From the human T2T-CHM13v2.0 reference genome, Homo sapiens, in NCBI RefSeq assembly GCF_009914755.1, contig NC_060941.1: 64,000 nucleotides of DNA; one strand, given 5' to 3'. The notes beneath the pieces are model-generated. The model saw only the letters and a list, made by a program, of their open reading frames with translations. It searched no databases and had not been told where the DNA came from. Below are positions 1-64,000 of the stretch, piece by piece. The position numbers were made by a program, and so were the translations under genes. The first letter of the stretch is position 1; each line of letters starts with the position of its first letter.

Positions 1-579
1 CCACACAATGTAATCGATGCCTGGAGTGAGGTGCAGGGTTGGGAGCTCTAGGTGGCAAGAACTGTGGGAGGACACGCCTATGCAAGGGCCTAGTAGAGGC
101 AGGGTGGCTCCCTCTGTCCCTTCCGAAAGATAGATATGCTAGAGCAAGCCTGCCAGCACCTGCAGGGCTGCAAGGCCGGGAAAAGACCTCGAGGTCTGGT
201 GGTGTTCTCAGATGGACAAAGCAAGGCTGAGAGGCCAAATGAACTTCCTCATGGACTGCGTGTGTGTGTGTGAAGGTGGGTGAGGGACAGGATCAAAAAG
301 GAGCTACCGAATGTGCCTCAAGATTTCTGCACTTGGAAACTGGGAAGATGGCGACAAAGCTTTCTGGTTCAGCTGGAAATCGCGCTCAGGGCCCCTGAGT
401 TCCTCACTAGCCCAATCCTTGGGAGAGGATACAGTGACCCTACCTTTGCTGCATTCACACCTGTCAGGGAGCTGCACAGCCACACAGGTAGCCTCGCTCC
501 AGGAAGCACTCACTGGAGGAAGCCTGTGGGGCAGAGGAAGAACCTGGTGGGTGAGCACAAGCTCAGTCTGCATAACTAC

Positions 580-61289
<60,710 letters not shown>

Positions 61290-63284
61290 CTACAAGGGAG
61301 GAGACAAACAGAAAGTGTTCGTGACAAGGCCATTCACAGAGCATAGCCAAGGGCATCCTCTAAAGCAGCAGCTGTCACCAGCAAAAACAAACTATAGCCA
61401 CGGAAAAGTCATGAAACAGCTTTCAACCCAGCAGTCACCAAGAAAGATGGTATTACGAAAACTCCCCTTTCCCTCCAGCTTTTCGGAACCTTTACAAAGG
61501 TTTTTTATTCCACATGACATCTCCTTCTACCACCTCAGGAACCTTACCCCCCTGGGTATCTCTTCTTTCTCTTACATCTTAAAATGTCCTTTCTCTGGCT
61601 CCTTCCCTCAAGCCTTTAATCAAACCTCTCCCACCTTAAAAAAATCATTATTCATGCCTCCATGGCTCTCTAACCATCACCTTTGTTCTCAAAAGTTTCT
61701 TTGAAGGGTTATCTGACCTCCAGATACGGAAGATTGTACACTATATGATTCCATTACAGGTACAACCCAGGCAATACAGATGTGCTGGGTAGGAGTAAGT
61801 AGAAAGAAGAACAAGGAAATGGTGAACACAAGCTTCGGGATGATGGTTACGCCTGGCAAGGCAGGAAGAGAGTGAGCCATGAAAAGGCATGTGGATGGAG
61901 GGAAATGGACTCAAAGATACTGGGAATGTCTAGTCCTTAAAAGAGACACTTGCCACATTGTTGCAACTACCTGATGACATATTTGCTCCTCAAGACTGTG
62001 CTTTTTTAAAATCACTGTATCCCCTGTTCCTAGCACAGGGCCTAACACACAGCAGGCATTCAGTGGATATTTGTTGAATTTGATAGATTCCTGAGAAAAA
62101 TTTCAGACCAGGTACATTTCTGATCACCTTTAATTTTTTTTCCTGATTGAACCCTAACTCTTTAGTATAACCATAAATGTCTTTTACTAAAAGATAATTC
62201 AGGGAAACACATTAATAGCTGCATCTCTAGCAAGGAGGTTTAATGATATCTGTAACTTCTTTTGTACCACAGGTAAGTGAAAGAGAAGAAAAGACACACA
62301 ACTGATCTCCAAATGGTATATACAATTATGCGAAATTCTCTTGGGCAAAATGCTATCTCATTTCTCCACGTACATCTTAAAATAAATCTGGCCTATCTTA
62401 TCTAGCAGAAAGAGGACAAGGCTCTGAGTCAAACAGCCCCGGTTTCAGTCCTGGCTCTAGCACCTACCCACTCCTCACGTGCGGGGCAGAATCGACTCCT
62501 ATGAGAACCAGGTGAGAACGCTGAAGTTTTCTGCCCAATGGCACTGATGATGTAACAACAGAAGAAAGACTGGTGAGGGGGAGAACTCAGTTCAGGCTTC
62601 AGGGATCTGAGAAACAGGTAGAATGTAGATGAGCTCCAGAAGAAAGGGAAGGTATGGGAAATGCAGAAATAAGGATGGAGATTCGAATGAGCCATGGCTA
62701 ACTGGGGCCGAGAACACATACTGATGAGACTGAAGTGAGTTTTTTAAGGAAGACTCAGAGATGGGCAGAAGAGTCTGGAAATAAGCCAGAAAGCAGAAAG
62801 TAAGAGAAAATTAATGTGACAGCAAAAAATAGAGCATAGTTTTTTAATTAAAAACAAAGTTGAGGCTTATAAAGTCAACGTTACCCTAGATCTAAATTAA
62901 TACTAGATCTAAACAGTGGTCAGCCTAAGAGCAACCTTGGCAAATGATAACCTAGGCACCCTACAGGTGCTCTGAGGTCCCCATCAGTGAATTGGGGGAG
63001 ACACCTGCTGATGGCCTATCATGCCAGGCAGCTGGGAATGAATGAAATCATGGCTCTAACAGCAACTCAAAACAGTAAGGCACCCGCAAAAATGTAAGAG
63101 ATTTAAAGACACTAAGTTCAGTCAAAAGATACAAGATAAGTTATCAGCCACAAAAGAAAAGTTACCTTCAAGTCCACATCATTAGATACCTCAAAGATGT
63201 GGTTTGGACTAGTCTACCACAAAATCTCCTCCAGCTCTCTGGTTCCCATATTTAGCCCAAAGAGATAGTTCTTGGTTTCCTAGT

Positions 63285-63430
63285 ACAGGGGTGCTATCAC
63301 TTTAGAATCTCTCGGGGTGCTTAGAAAAATGCAGGTTCTTAAGCCCTATCCCTAGAGATCTTGAATCAGTAGCTTAGGGTGGGATCTAGAAATCTTTTTT
63401 CTGTCAAATATCCCAAGTGACTGATCCACT
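63285..63430. mobile_element. MER5A-like fragment
   Basis: ttagaatc..ggggtgctt..aaaaatgcag...gaatcagt..ggtggg...gaaatc. Confidence 0.55.
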
Positions 63431-63537
63431 TGGAGCATAAACTACATTTTAAGAAAGAAAATCCCTTATATTTTTTAAAAAAGGCAAATTTAAAAAATCA
63501 CTAACACAGAAAAAAGATAATATACTTTCAGATTTGA

Positions 63538-63937
<400 letters not shown>

Positions 63938-64000
63938 TGAATTTCTTTTTTAAAGTCCAAGTAGTTTTCCTGAAAATTCACACCACTAACACATATCTGT

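Noticed and set aside
63165-63290. Donor-like GAAG|gtaact on the minus strand as a possible further ZZEF1 exon
   Set aside because: I found no convincing acceptor or ZZEF1-like reading frame; the next upstream exon is probably outside the window.

Overview
Human (primate) genomic DNA, Alu/L1/L2-rich, lying entirely inside ZZEF1 (zinc finger ZZ-type and EF-hand domain containing 1; chr17p13 from recall) on the minus strand. I traced 30 consecutive internal coding exons from 61289 down to 580. All have GT-AG introns with compatible phases, totalling 5172 nt (1724 codons, roughly residues 944-2667 by recalled numbering). They include a CUB-like module and the two tandem ZZ zinc fingers. Neither the start nor the canonical stop codon is in the window. 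Most other ORFs in the track are Alu or antisense artefacts. I find no evidence of a new biological system. The most notable unexplained structures are rearrangement scars: (1) a ~1 kb Alu-Alu inversion inside an old L1, shown by swapped target-site duplications; (2) a ~200 bp copy of local intron sequence inserted into an AluJ; (3) a chimeric tandem Alu pair sharing a near-identical 139-bp right arm; (4) a fold-back templated insertion inside an Alu. There are also candidate cryptic exons, an in-frame intron read-through C-terminus, and two coding alleles that I recall differing from the reference protein. Repeat boundaries and subfamily names are by-eye estimates.
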